DNA of 63,477 nucleotides, filler included, from 4 parts of 4 records of this genome joined end to end with filler, not necessarily neighbours in it; one strand, 5' to 3'. Positions 38,851-49,588 are shown, numbered from the whole stretch's first letter. The notes: generated by a model from the sequence alone, not told the origin. Made by a program: numbers and translations.

Positions 38851-38950
38851 NNNNNNNNNNNNNNNNNNNNNNNNNNNNNNNNNNNNNNNNNNNNTTAATT
38901 AATTAANNNNNNNNNNNNNNNNNNNNNNNNNNNNNNNNNNNNNNNNNNNN
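38851..38950. other. Artificial contig spacer
   Basis: Same 100-nt N/TTAATTAATTAA linker; genes on both sides are cut. Confidence 0.99.
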
Positions 38951-39298
38951 CGGCACGAACGGATAGGAACCGGTGGCCAGTACTACCTTGTCATAGGGCA
39001 GGGTCTCACCGGTGTTGGTGGTGACCGTTTTGCCAGCCCGATCAATCGCGTCAACTTTGGTGTTCAGTTTCAGCGTAATGCCGTGCTCTTCGAAAAAACC
39101 TTCCGGCACCAGCGACAGGTCATCGACGGTCTTGCCGGAAAAATAACTGGTCAGCCCTACGCGGTCATAGGCCGGCAGCGGCTCGGCACACAGTACCGTA
39201 ATATCAAAAATCTCCCGGCCACCCTGGGCCACCAGAGACTCCAGATAACGTTGTCCGACCATCCCGTGGCCGATCAGAAGAAGTTGTTGCTTTGCCAT
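38951..39298 (-). CDS. nirB: Assimilatory nitrite reductase large subunit, N-terminal fragment
   Basis: IGHGMVG, YDRVGLTSYF, YDKVVLATGSYPFVP; next to a nitrate transporter. Confidence 0.88.
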
Positions 39299-39338
39299 AA
39301 GGCTCACCCTCGCGGTGCGTAACTGACACCCGCACTAC

Positions 39339-39354
39339 AGCAATCCCTATGCCA
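39339..39354 (-). promoter_or_regulatory. Sigma54 -24/-12 promoter for nirB
   Basis: TGGCAT-AGGGA-TTGCT on minus strand. Confidence 0.8.
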
Positions 39355-39564
39355 ACTTGTTAAGTCTTTGTAGTTAATAGATTTTTTTATGTTTTACGAG
39401 AATAACCACAGAAATCCTGCTTTCTTTTAATGCGCCAGTGCACGACAAGAACGCACAGTAGCGTGCACCGCAATGACTCAAAAACGCTCCCCATTCGCGC
39501 ACATTTTTTACGTCCCCTCATTTATTTTTACGAATAACTCATAAAAAACAAAAACTTAGGAACA

Positions 39565-39580
39565 TGGCACAGGAGTTGCT
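39565..39580 (+). promoter_or_regulatory. Sigma54 -24/-12 promoter for the nitrate transporter
   Basis: TGGCAC-AGGAG-TTGCT. Confidence 0.85.
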
Positions 39581-39620
39581 CAGCTTCGATTGTCGTTAAC
39601 CGCCCATGCACGGAGACTCC

Positions 39621-41090
39621 ATGAGCGCTCAAAACCTGAATTTATTGAACCTCTCCCAGCCTCGCATACGATTACTGCACCTGAGCTGGGTCGCCTTCTT
39701 CATTACCTTTGTGGTGTGGTTTTCCCACGCCCCGTTAATGGGCCACTTGCGTGAAGCTTTTGATCTGAGCGCAGAACAGGTGAAAGCTCTGCTGATTCTT
39801 AACGTGGCGCTGACCATTCCCGCCCGGGTGGTAATCGGTTCATTGGTGGACCGCTATGGTCCTCGCAAAGTGTTCGGCCTGCTATTGATACTGGCAGCGT
39901 TCCCATGCTGGGCATTTGCCTTGTCCACAACCTTTGAGCAGCTGGCCGTTACCCGTTTGTTGATGGGTTTCGTCGGTGCCGGCTTCGTCGTCGGCATCCG
40001 TCTGATCAGCGAATGGTTTCCGGCCCGCGAAGTGGGCCTGGCTGAAGGTGTTTATGGCGGCTGGGGCAACTTTGGTTCCGCCGCGGCGGCCATCAGTCTG
40101 CCCACCATCGCCATGCTGTTCGGCGGCGAAGATGGCTGGCGCTGGGCCGTGGCCAGCACCGGCGCCCTGGCAATGGCATATGGAATCTTCTTTCTGTGGC
40201 GCGCCCGCAATACTCCCGCTGGCGCCTCCTATTTCAAACCCAAAAAAGCCAGTGCCCTGGAAGTCAGCACCCGAAAGGATCTGTTCTTTTATCTGTTGAT
40301 GAGCCTGCCACTGTACATTGCCCTGCTGGTTATCGTTTGGCGCCTTGGCCCAACCAACATTAACTTGTTCGGTAATACCGCACAGATTCTGCTTGCCTCC
40401 CTGATCATCAGCCTCGCCGCTGTCCAGCTGGGGCAGGCTTGGCGGGTAAACCGGGAGCACCTCAAGGAAGGAGTTCCCGAACATGATCGTTACAGCTTCA
40501 AGCAAGTTGCCATTCTGGACCTGTCCTACATGGTGACCTTTGGCTCTGAACTGGCTGTTGTCTCTATGTTGCCGCTTTTTTTCAGTGATACGTTCAGTCT
40601 TTCTGCCGTTACGGCAGGGCTACTGGCGTCCGGCTATGCGTTTATGAACCTGGTGGCGCGCCCTGGCGGCGGCTGGGTGTCTGACAAGTTCGGCCGCAAA
40701 AAATCCCTGGCCATCCTGTTGTGCGGTTTGATGGTGGGTTATGGCTTGATGAGCCAAATCTCCGGCACCTGGCCCATCGCCTTGGCCGTCATTGCCACCA
40801 TGTGCTGTTCCTTCTTTGTACAAGCCGGCGAAGGCGCAGTATTCGCCACAGTGCCACTGATTAAGCGGCGCCTCACCGGGCAAATTGCCGGCATGGTCGG
40901 CGCCTATGGTAATGCCGGTGCAGTGATCTTTCTGACCGTGCTGACCTTTGTGGAACCATCAACTTTCTTCCTGGTGATTGCCGCCAGCGCAGCGATTGCT
41001 CTGGCTGCCGTTCAATTCCTGGATGAACCAAAGGGGCACATCGCAGAAATTGATGAGAAAGGCGAAGTACAGCTGATTGAAGTTGGCTGA
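39621..41090 (+). CDS. narK: NarK/NasA-family nitrate/nitrite MFS transporter
   Basis: [43 protein letters not shown]. Confidence 0.9.
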   Translation: MSAQNLNLLNLSQPRIRLLHLSWVAFFITFVVWFSHAPLMGHLREAFDLSAEQVKALLILNVALTIPARVVIGSLVDRYGPRKVFGLLLILAAFPCWAFALSTTFEQLAVTRLLMGFVGAGFVVGIRLISEWFPAREVGLAEGVYGGWGNFGSAAAAISLPTIAMLFGGEDGWRWAVASTGALAMAYGIFFLWRARNTPAGASYFKPKKASALEVSTRKDLFFYLLMSLPLYIALLVIVWRLGPTNINLFGNTAQILLASLIISLAAVQLGQAWRVNREHLKEGVPEHDRYSFKQVAILDLSYMVTFGSELAVVSMLPLFFSDTFSLSAVTAGLLASGYAFMNLVARPGGGWVSDKFGRKKSLAILLCGLMVGYGLMSQISGTWPIALAVIATMCCSFFVQAGEGAVFATVPLIKRRLTGQIAGMVGAYGNAGAVIFLTVLTFVEPSTFFLVIAASAAIALAAVQFLDEPKGHIAEIDEKGEVQLIEVG

Positions 41091-41177
41091 ACCACATTGA
41101 TCTCCCTCCGGGCATACAAGGACAGTAAGCCCGGCTCACTACAAGCACCGCCATATCAACGGTATAGGAGCATCAAG

Positions 41178-42884
41178 ATGGACGTGTCCACCGCCTCGGC
41201 AACCGCGCCCCTTAGCCTGATAGAGCCAGAACTGCATCCCCGCGTTCGTATTGGCCAATTCAGTGACAGCGGCCCCAAGCTGCATAACCAGGACGCCCTG
41301 GCCATGCAGATACCGGAAGGGTCGCTGATGCGCACCAAGGGCATCGTGGCAGCACTGGCCGATGGTCTGTCCAGTGCGGGCGCAGCCCGGGAAGCGGCGG
41401 AATCCTGTGTGCTCGGTTTTATCAGCGATTACTACGCCACCCCGGCACTATGGAGCGTGCCCCGCTCTGCCCAGCGGGTACTGGAAGCTCTGAACCGCTG
41501 GCTATGTCGACAAACCCTGGCCGGGGAAAGTCATCTGTGCACACTGTCCCTGTTGATTTTGCGCTCACGCACCGCCCACATCTTTCAGGTGGGCGACTCC
41601 CGTGTCTGGCGCCTGCGCAACAACAAGCTGGAATGCCTGACCCGGGATCACAGCCGCATGATCGGCGAGAATCGACAGGTACTGACCCGCGTTATGGGCG
41701 GTGACACACGCCTGGATGTGGATTACAGCAACAGCGATCTGCAAGTGGGCGATGTCTATCTGCTAACCAGCGATGGCGTGCACGGATTTCTTACCCGCTC
41801 ACGCATGCAGGGTATTTTGCGCGGCACCAACCAGCCGGAACTGGCGGCGCAAACCCTGGTGGAAGCTGCGCTGGCCAACGGCAGTGACGACAACCTCAGC
41901 TGCCAGGTACTGCACGTGGAAGGCTTGCCCGATGCCAGTGCCGATGAAACCCTGAAACAGCGTGGCAACCTGCCGCTTCCCCCGCCACTGTCTGCCGGTA
42001 TCCGCATCGACGGCTTTACCGTGAAACGCGAGCTCTATGCCAGTGTGCGCAGCCACTTGTATCTGGTGGAAGACAACGATGGCAAACAGTCGGTACTGAA
42101 AACCCCCTCAGTGAATCTGGAAGATGACCGCGATGCCCTGGAGCGTTTCGTCATGGAAGGCTGGGTGGGCAACCGGTTGCGCAACCCACATTTACTCCAT
42201 GCCCTGCCCGTGCCCGACAACCCCTCGTGCTTGTACCAGCACCTGGAGTTTATCGACGGTGTGACCTTGAAGCAGTGGTTAAAGGAACACCCGGATGCAC
42301 CGGTTGAAGAAAAACTGTATCTGGCTGATCAATTACTCAATGGCGTGCGGGCCCTGCACCGTGCCGATGTAATTCACGGGGACCTGAAACCGGACAACAT
42401 CATGGTGGATACCGAAGGGCTGGTCCGCATCGTGGATTTTGGCAGCTGCCATTGCCGCGGCATGGAACAGCACACCGCCAGCATTCCACTAGGGACCCGA
42501 CACTACAGTGCGCCGGAACTGGTGGAAGGCGACGCCCCCAGTGAGCAAAGCGACCTGTTCTCCACGGCCGTCATCATTCATGAAATGCTCACCGGTGCCC
42601 TGCCCTGGCAGGGGCGCTATGAAAAAGCCGTGCACCGCCCGCTGCCGCCCCTGCAAGGGCACAATGCGTTTATCCCCCTGTGGATCAACAACGTGCTGCA
42701 ACTGGCACTGCAACGGCAACCCAAGATGCGCTTCACCGATGCGGCAGAATTTCGCGACGCACTGCGCCGCCCGGTACGCAGCAATAAACCGGTAGCGGAC
42801 AGTAATATTCGGCAATTACGGATGTGGAAAGGGGCGGCAGTGGTACTGGCCGTGTTGCTGCTTATCAGCGTTACACTACGCTGA
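41178..42884 (+). CDS. Bifunctional PP2C phosphatase / Ser-Thr kinase with C-terminal membrane anchor
   Basis: NQDA, ADG, VGDSR, SDGV, DDNLS; VLK, HGDLKPDN, DFG, APE. Confidence 0.92.
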   Translation: MDVSTASATAPLSLIEPELHPRVRIGQFSDSGPKLHNQDALAMQIPEGSLMRTKGIVAALADGLSSAGAAREAAESCVLGFISDYYATPALWSVPRSAQRVLEALNRWLCRQTLAGESHLCTLSLLILRSRTAHIFQVGDSRVWRLRNNKLECLTRDHSRMIGENRQVLTRVMGGDTRLDVDYSNSDLQVGDVYLLTSDGVHGFLTRSRMQGILRGTNQPELAAQTLVEAALANGSDDNLSCQVLHVEGLPDASADETLKQRGNLPLPPPLSAGIRIDGFTVKRELYASVRSHLYLVEDNDGKQSVLKTPSVNLEDDRDALERFVMEGWVGNRLRNPHLLHALPVPDNPSCLYQHLEFIDGVTLKQWLKEHPDAPVEEKLYLADQLLNGVRALHRADVIHGDLKPDNIMVDTEGLVRIVDFGSCHCRGMEQHTASIPLGTRHYSAPELVEGDAPSEQSDLFSTAVIIHEMLTGALPWQGRYEKAVHRPLPPLQGHNAFIPLWINNVLQLALQRQPKMRFTDAAEFRDALRRPVRSNKPVADSNIRQLRMWKGAAVVLAVLLLISVTLR

Positions 42885-42904
42885 CGCAACCAGCAGAGGC
42901 CAAG

Positions 42905-42929
42905 CTTGTCGGGCCAGGCGCCCGACAAG
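42905..42929. terminator. Hairpin between convergent genes
   Basis: CTTGTCGGGC-CAGGC-GCCCGACAAG. Confidence 0.55.
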
Positions 42930-42949
42930 TGCTATAAGAAAGTCAGCGG

Positions 42950-43504
42950 TTAGTCTGCCAAACTACCAAGAGAGAACGTTTCGCCGTTGCTATGCACTTG
43001 CAGGATATCACCCTGCTGCTCGGCCCAATCGACCAGCTGGTAAAACGCCGAGCGCCCGATCAACGCATTGAGATTATCTCGCACACACAGGTACGGGGAA
43101 GGCTCGCCGGTTTCGCTGTCAGTATTGACCCAGAGCGGATGGCCTGCGCCGGCAACCACATGGCTGCCCACATTGGTGGTGAATACCAGTTTTGTGGTGC
43201 CACCCTCCTCAACCTGCTGCACTTCGGTGGCAACAAAGGGCGCATCGTCCACCTGAATACGCAGTTTCTCCACCGGTGTAATCAGGAAATAGTCCTCATC
43301 TTCACGCAGCAGAATGGTGGAAAACAGAGCCACCATTCGTTCCCGTTCGATGGGCGATTCCTGATAAAACCAGGTGCCATCGCGGGCAATGCGCATATCA
43401 ATATCGGCATGGCGTTCCGGATTCCACTGATGCACCGGCGGCAGGCCGGTTTCATCGCCTGCGGCTTTTTCCAATAGTGCCAGCAGCTCATCGGCCTGTT
43501 TCAT
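42950..43504 (-). CDS. DUF1285-family protein
   Basis: PPVHQWNP..IDMRIARDGTWFY..LITPVEK..DAPF. Confidence 0.88.
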   Translation of the reverse strand: MKQADELLALLEKAAGDETGLPPVHQWNPERHADIDMRIARDGTWFYQESPIERERMVALFSTILLREDEDYFLITPVEKLRIQVDDAPFVATEVQQVEEGGTTKLVFTTNVGSHVVAGAGHPLWVNTDSETGEPSPYLCVRDNLNALIGRSAFYQLVDWAEQQGDILQVHSNGETFSLGSLAD

Positions 43505-44136
43505 CGTGGTCCCCGCTGGCCCTTGTTGCCCATGCGAATACCAATCTCGATCAGGAAATCCAGAAAGTCATCCTTGTCGTCGATTTGCTTCTGGTAAAAC
43601 GGCGATTCCATCAACGCCACGGCGCCGTGGGCAAATGCCCAGGCGGAGCAGATGTGATACATCGGCGGCACGTCTTCCAGTGACCCTTCTTCCATGCGGG
43701 CTTTCACGATATCCGTGAGCCGCGCAAAATTGGCCTCACGGATGCTGTGCAGCTTGGCCACCAGTTCGGGCAGGGCATGATCCTTGATGACCTTGTTTTC
43801 CAGTCGGTCAAACAACTGATAACGCTTGGGATCGGAAATCCGGAAACGGAAATATTCCCGCGCCAGGCGTTCCTTGTTATCCGCATCGGAGATTTGCTGA
43901 AACACGCCGGCCAGGTCTTCCTCATAGCGCAGCATCAGCAGCAGGTAGATTTCGTTCTTGGTTTCGAAATGCTTGTAGATAGTCCCTTTGCCAATACCCA
44001 CCCGGTCCGCAATCATTTCCACGGTTACCCGGTCTTCGCCTTCTTCCAGAAAAAGGGCCAGAGCCGCATCGAGAATCTCACGCTCGCGCTGACGAAACTC
44101 CTGAGCCTTGCGTGTGGCTTTTTCCAGATCACCCAT
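43501..44136 (-). CDS. TetR/AcrR-family regulator
   Basis: TVEMIADRVGIGKGTIYKHFETK. Confidence 0.92.
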   Translation of the reverse strand: MGDLEKATRKAQEFRQREREILDAALALFLEEGEDRVTVEMIADRVGIGKGTIYKHFETKNEIYLLLMLRYEEDLAGVFQQISDADNKERLAREYFRFRISDPKRYQLFDRLENKVIKDHALPELVAKLHSIREANFARLTDIVKARMEEGSLEDVPPMYHICSAWAFAHGAVALMESPFYQKQIDDKDDFLDFLIEIGIRMGNKGQRGPR

Positions 44137-44340
44137 TTATTTCTCCTTGCGCCCGGGTATGCGGGCCTAGCCGACTGAACAGTCGCAATTCTAACGCATT
44201 CCCTTTTTATACGCATATCGGATAGCCGCCTACGGAATCGCCGGCAGCATCTCGCCAATAGCCTGTTAGGGCCTGTTAGCATAGCGTCATGGTTTTGCAC
44301 CTCGCATTCCTCTCAACCCAGCGCATGGAGGCAACACAAC

Positions 44341-45474
44341 ATGACCCGTTCTGACGGCAGCGCCCCGGATATCGCCCGCGAATTCCCCCAGCAGGACGGC
44401 CTGCTTTACCTCAACCATGCGGCCGTCGCCCCCTGGCCACAGCGTACCCTTGACGCGGTAACTGAGTTTGCCCGCCAGAACGTGCGTATCGGCGCGCGGG
44501 ATTATCCGCACTGGTTGAAGGTGGAGCAGCAGCTGCGTGAGCGCCTGGCCTGGCTGGTGGGTGGCGTCAGCAGCGAGGAAATTGCCTTGCTCAAGAACAC
44601 CTCCGAAGGCTTGTCCGTCATTGCCCAGGGCCTGGAGTGGCAGGCTGGTGATCAGATCATCATCAGTGATCAGGAATTCCCGTCCAACCGCATTCCCTGG
44701 CAAGCCCTGGCTAGCCAGGGCGTGGAGGTAATCGAGGTCAATCTGGAGGGCGACAACCCGGAGCAGGATGTCATTGACGCCATGGGGCCACGCACCCGTC
44801 TGGTGTCTCTCTCCGCTGTCCAGTACGGCACAGGACTGTTGATGGACATGGCGCCCATTGGCGCCGCCTGCCGGGCACAGGGCACACTCTTCTGTGTGGA
44901 TGCGATCCAGATTCTCGGCGCGCTACCGTTCTCAGCAGAGCAGGTAAACGCCGATTTTGTGGTGGCCGACGGCCACAAATGGATGCTCGGCCCGGAAGGG
45001 CTCGCCCTGTTCTATTGCCGCCGGGCGGTGCAGGATCAATTGATCCTGCGTCAACACGGCTGGCACATGGTGGCCGAACCCGGCGATTACACCCGCCGGG
45101 ACTGGCAGCCGGCCAGCACCGCCAAACGCTTTGAATGCGGAAGCCCGAACATGCTCGGCGCCCATGCACTGAACGCTTCCTTGTCACTGCTGCAGGACAC
45201 CGGCATGGACGTGGTGGCGGATGCCTTGCAACAGCGGGTGCAACGGCTGATCGAAGGACTGAACGACAAAGGCGCCGCCCTGCTCAGTGCCCCAGCCCCG
45301 CAACGGCGGGCAGGGATTGTCACTTTCCGCATGCCCGAAGAAGCCCCGGGCGATACCTTCCAGCGCCTGAAAAAGAACGGCGTGGTGTGCGCGGAACGCG
45401 GCGGTGGGGTGCGCTTTTCGCCACACTTCTACACTGCCGATTCGGTCATCGACCAGGCTCTGGAGCTGCTGTAA
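44341..45474 (+). CDS. Class V PLP aminotransferase (cysteine desulfurase-like)
   Basis: YLNHAA, NTSEG, VDAIQ, GHKWMLGPEG, RFSPHFY. Confidence 0.9.
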   Translation: MTRSDGSAPDIAREFPQQDGLLYLNHAAVAPWPQRTLDAVTEFARQNVRIGARDYPHWLKVEQQLRERLAWLVGGVSSEEIALLKNTSEGLSVIAQGLEWQAGDQIIISDQEFPSNRIPWQALASQGVEVIEVNLEGDNPEQDVIDAMGPRTRLVSLSAVQYGTGLLMDMAPIGAACRAQGTLFCVDAIQILGALPFSAEQVNADFVVADGHKWMLGPEGLALFYCRRAVQDQLILRQHGWHMVAEPGDYTRRDWQPASTAKRFECGSPNMLGAHALNASLSLLQDTGMDVVADALQQRVQRLIEGLNDKGAALLSAPAPQRRAGIVTFRMPEEAPGDTFQRLKKNGVVCAERGGGVRFSPHFYTADSVIDQALELL

Positions 45475-45522
45475 GCTCCAGAACCTCATACGCGCCTCGT
45501 TATGGATACCGGAGCCTCACAG

Positions 45523-46365
45523 ATGAACCGACAGCTGGCCTTTTATCAATGGATTTGCCGCCGTTTGCAGCGGGATGAGCAGTTCAGCGGCCAGCCCAGC
45601 GCGGACCTGGAAAGCCTGCGCACGGTGCTGAAATCCTGCGATGTGCTGTTGGTGGCCGGGCACAGCAGCGTAGACCGCACCTTCAAGGTGATCGGCGATA
45701 GCCGCTACGCCCGCGCGGTACTCTACATTGGTCGCCTGCACGACGTGGCCGACCCGGCCCTGCGCGCCCTGTTGGCGGACTACACTCCCTGCGAACCGGA
45801 TACCCAGCTGGTGATTGATGCCCGCCTGGAACGAGGGCTGATTGTGGAACCGCTGTCAGCCCTGGAAGGTCGTCAGATTCGCGTCTGCCGGGCACAGGGG
45901 CTGAGTGACAATGAAGCCCAGGATGTACTCCGCTATGCCATCAGCCGCATTGGCGCCGGTGGCGCCCAGTCCTGGGGCGCACTGGCCATGATGACCCTGC
46001 TTCCCTGGCGCTGGCTGCCCCTGCGCTGGCGCACCGGCCTGTTCCGACGCTGGGCCGGTGAATTGATCAAGGCGCTTAGTGGCACCGTCGTCGCCGATGC
46101 CTTCAGCTTTGTGCAATTCCCGGTCATGCCGCTGGTGAAGGAAAGCGAACCCGCCGCCCGCTTGCTGCGGCTACAACCCAGAGCCATTACTGCTGCGGAC
46201 TTCGACCATTCGCCCTACTTCGAGATTATCAAGGCGCCCTTCCAGCTGGATGCCATTCCCAAGGGCATTGATGCCCTGCCCTGGAAGGGCAATCAGGGTG
46301 CACTGGCGCCGGAACGTCAGCGCCACCTGTCACTGGTGGAGCCGCCGAACGGACACCACGGCTAG
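45523..46365 (+). CDS. YiiX/YebB-like permuted NlpC/P60-fold protein, probably inactive
   Basis: DVLLVAG..S, LYIG, IRVCR..L, DFDHSPYFEIIK; His and Cys positions substituted. Confidence 0.55.
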   Translation: MNRQLAFYQWICRRLQRDEQFSGQPSADLESLRTVLKSCDVLLVAGHSSVDRTFKVIGDSRYARAVLYIGRLHDVADPALRALLADYTPCEPDTQLVIDARLERGLIVEPLSALEGRQIRVCRAQGLSDNEAQDVLRYAISRIGAGGAQSWGALAMMTLLPWRWLPLRWRTGLFRRWAGELIKALSGTVVADAFSFVQFPVMPLVKESEPAARLLRLQPRAITAADFDHSPYFEIIKAPFQLDAIPKGIDALPWKGNQGALAPERQRHLSLVEPPNGHHG

Positions 46366-47982
46366 TAGCGCCAGCAACCACCAGGACAGACTGCCCCCGC
46401 CACCGCCACCATCACTCCCGCCACTGGCAGTACCGTCAGTGGACGCACTGTTGCGCGCCTGGGCCGGATGGGTGCTCGCCGAGCTATCGTTAGCCGGGTA
46501 ATCCCCGTTATCGGTCCACACCTGCACAAACAGACTGTCGTCACCCTGACCATCCAGAATCAGTTGCTGGGACGCCACTTCACCGGGCGACATATCGCCC
46601 AGCCCACACTGCACCAGGCCGCCCCCGGCACAGTTCTCAGGCAGTGACACCGCGCTCCACCCGGACGGCAAGGTAAAGCCGACCCGCACCCGCGCCGCCG
46701 CCTGGTGCGTCGCCGCATTGGTCACCTGGGCGTTGACCCGCACCAGGTCATCATTGCCCCGCTGTGTGGTCAGGCTGAGCACCACATCCGGTTCATTGCT
46801 GAATACCAACTTGAAACTTTCCCCCAGGCTGGCGAAGTAATCGTGGGACACACTGCTGATCGGCTCGACGCGAACCTCATCCACCCAGCGGCCACTGGCA
46901 CTGAGGGCAACGCTGTAAGTCGAGGTCTCTTGCCCCAGCGCCAGGTCCGCACTGCCACGGCAGTCTGTATAGCCACTGTTCTTCACGCAGGTCAGCCCGG
47001 GAACACGGACTGTAAGCCCGTTCTTGTGGGTGATTCGCAGGCCCACGTTATTGGCCCGGGTCTGCTGGCTGGTGTTGGCGATGCCAGTGCGCAACGTAGC
47101 GGAAGTCCCCGGGCTGCTATAGGTGTCAGCGGTGCTGCCGGTGAGCGCCAGATCCACCAGGCTGCCTGAGGTGGTTTGTTCCAACCAGGTTAGATAACGA
47201 TCCACACGGGTATAGACTGCGGGCACGCCGGCGGTGGCGCACCGTTCATGGCCGTAGCTGGTAATACCAACCAGCCATTGTTGCCCCGGCTCGCCGTACA
47301 CCAAAGGCCCACCGCTATCACCACGACAGGAATCCTGGGCAACATCCTGAGGATTCATTTCACCCGCACAGATCTGGTTACCGCTCAGGTTGCTCCACTG
47401 GCTGGCGCAATAGCCGCTGGATACATAATCCACACGGGCTTCGCGCAGGGAGTCGGACAGGCCATTGCCGCTGGGAGACGTGGACCCCCAGCCCATTATC
47501 TGCAGGGCCTCGTCGCTGCTGCCCCTGGTCAGCGCAGACACGGTCTGCGCTTTGGCCAGATCCAGTGGCCTGGCAGTACTGTCTGAGGCCAATTGCAACA
47601 GCGCCAGGTCATTGTGGAAAGTGACCGCGCGATAACCCGGGTGTACCCGCACCGAAGAGACCGCCAGGCGTTCCGCCGGGTTGGCCGCCGTCCGATCCAG
47701 GCTCCCCAGGGCCACGAACAGGTGCCCCGCCTGCAGGGTGGCGCCACTGGAGGTCACCACGCAGTGCGCCGCTGTCAGCACCCAGCCAGGTGCGATCAGG
47801 GTGCCACCACAAAGTGTGGCGCCATAGGCGGGATTTCCGGATCGACTGATTTCCACTTCGGCCATCCACGGCCGGATTGTTGCTACGTCCTGTCCCCCGA
47901 TGATCCGAGGTTGAGCGTCAAGCGCCGATACCGTTTGAGCCAGACCCATCCCCAGCACCAGGGCGAACATCAAACGATACAT
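46330..47982 (-). CDS. Secreted trypsin-like serine protease with GlyGly-CTERM tail
   Basis: RIIGG, LTAAHC, NDLALL, GDSGGP; tail GGGGGGSLSWWLLALLAVVSVRR. Confidence 0.93.
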   Translation of the reverse strand: MYRLMFALVLGMGLAQTVSALDAQPRIIGGQDVATIRPWMAEVEISRSGNPAYGATLCGGTLIAPGWVLTAAHCVVTSSGATLQAGHLFVALGSLDRTAANPAERLAVSSVRVHPGYRAVTFHNDLALLQLASDSTARPLDLAKAQTVSALTRGSSDEALQIMGWGSTSPSGNGLSDSLREARVDYVSSGYCASQWSNLSGNQICAGEMNPQDVAQDSCRGDSGGPLVYGEPGQQWLVGITSYGHERCATAGVPAVYTRVDRYLTWLEQTTSGSLVDLALTGSTADTYSSPGTSATLRTGIANTSQQTRANNVGLRITHKNGLTVRVPGLTCVKNSGYTDCRGSADLALGQETSTYSVALSASGRWVDEVRVEPISSVSHDYFASLGESFKLVFSNEPDVVLSLTTQRGNDDLVRVNAQVTNAATHQAAARVRVGFTLPSGWSAVSLPENCAGGGLVQCGLGDMSPGEVASQQLILDGQGDDSLFVQVWTDNGDYPANDSSASTHPAQARNSASTDGTASGGSDGGGGGGSLSWWLLALLAVVSVRRLHQ

Positions 47983-48241
47983 AAGATTACCTTTCGTTAG
48001 CATTACGTTACGGAGCGCATACTAACTAAGGTTTTCGGCGTAATCCTGTGACCCAGTTCTGATATTACAATGGTGGCACATTCGTACCTGAAGATGCTGA
48101 AAAATGACTACCAAGTTCAGTCATTTTTCGCCAACTTTTGCCACTTTTAGCGACGGAATCCATCAAATTGCAAGCAGTTACAGTGCATCAAAACCCTCTA
48201 AAATTTACTGCTTATAACGGTAAACATTTTACGTTTTGATG

Positions 48242-49588
48242 TTACTCTTTCGGCCCTGACTGATCCGTCACCGTCGCCCCGTCATCATGTTCATCGCCAG
48301 GTTCCGGTAACGCCCTGCGTGCTTTTGCACCCAGATCTTTCAGTTGCTGGGCCTGGCGGTAGAGGTTGCCGCGGCCGCTGCTGAGGCGCTTGAAGGTGGT
48401 GTCCCATGCCAGCTGAGCCTTGCCAATTTTATCGCCCAGGTCGTCCATGGACTCCCCGATCAGTGATACCTGATCGCAGATTTTCCCTGCACGATCGGCA
48501 ATATCCAGGGCATTGCGGTTCTGGTATTCGTAGCGCCAGATATTCTGGATGGTGCGCAGGGTCACCAACAGCGTAGTCGGGCTAACCAGGACAATGTTGC
48601 GGGCAAAGGCATCCGTATAGAGGCTGGAATCCTGTTCCATCGCCACCATGAAGGCGCCTTCGATAGGAATAAAGAGCAGCACAAAATCCAGGCTGCGGAT
48701 CCCTTCCAGGCCACTGTAATCCTTGGTATCCAGGCCCTTGATGTGGCTTCGCAGTGAGGTCAGGTGATCACGTAATGCCTGTTCGCGCTCCTCTGACGTA
48801 GACGCCGAAGACAGCCGCTCATAGGCAACCAGAGACACTTTCGCATCAATCACCACATCCTTGTTTTCCGGCAGGTGAACAATGGCATCGGGCAGGCGGC
48901 GCTGGCCGCTTTCGTCTTTCAGGGTGACCTGGGTTTCATACTCGCGTCCACGCGTCAGGCCGGAAGACTCCAGCACCCGTTCCAGAATCATTTCACCCCA
49001 GTTACCCTGAGTCTTGGCCTGCCCTTTCAGTGCATCGGTCAGGTTTCGGGCATCCTCGTGCATCTGCTGGTTCAGGCTTCTCAGGTGGCCCAGTTGCTCG
49101 ATCAGAGACGCCTGGGCACGGGTCTCGTCACTGTGAATCTGGTCGACCCGGCGACGGAAATCCGCCAGCTGCTCACGGAACGGTTTGAGCATGCCATCCA
49201 GGCCCTGCTGGTGCTGCTCCTGCAGTTGCTTGCCGCGCTGGTCGAGCACCTTCCCAGACAGGTTTTCAAACTCCTGTTTCAGTTGGTTGCGGCTTTGCTC
49301 GGAAAACGCCAGTTTCTCCTGCTGGCCGGCCAGCCGTTCTTCCAGGCGCGCTTTCTCAGACCCCAACTGTTGCAACTGCGCGTCGCTGTCCCGCTGGCGC
49401 TGTTGCTGCTCTTGCAGCTGCTGCTTGAGCAACGGCACCTGAGCCAACGGCTCGCTCAAGGCGTGCTTTTCGGCCAGCAACGCCGCCTCGCGAACTGCCG
49501 CCCGGCGCCGCTCGATCAACACCGCAACCAGTGCCGCCACGGCACCACCACATAGCGCCGCCAGCGCCACCATTGCATACAGATTCAT
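48242..49588 (-). CDS. rmuC: DNA recombination protein RmuC
   Basis: QGNWGEMILERVLE, PDAIVHLP..IDAKVSL, LVSPTTL. Confidence 0.93.
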   Translation of the reverse strand: MNLYAMVALAALCGGAVAALVAVLIERRRAAVREAALLAEKHALSEPLAQVPLLKQQLQEQQQRQRDSDAQLQQLGSEKARLEERLAGQQEKLAFSEQSRNQLKQEFENLSGKVLDQRGKQLQEQHQQGLDGMLKPFREQLADFRRRVDQIHSDETRAQASLIEQLGHLRSLNQQMHEDARNLTDALKGQAKTQGNWGEMILERVLESSGLTRGREYETQVTLKDESGQRRLPDAIVHLPENKDVVIDAKVSLVAYERLSSASTSEEREQALRDHLTSLRSHIKGLDTKDYSGLEGIRSLDFVLLFIPIEGAFMVAMEQDSSLYTDAFARNIVLVSPTTLLVTLRTIQNIWRYEYQNRNALDIADRAGKICDQVSLIGESMDDLGDKIGKAQLAWDTTFKRLSSGRGNLYRQAQQLKDLGAKARRALPEPGDEHDDGATVTDQSGPKE

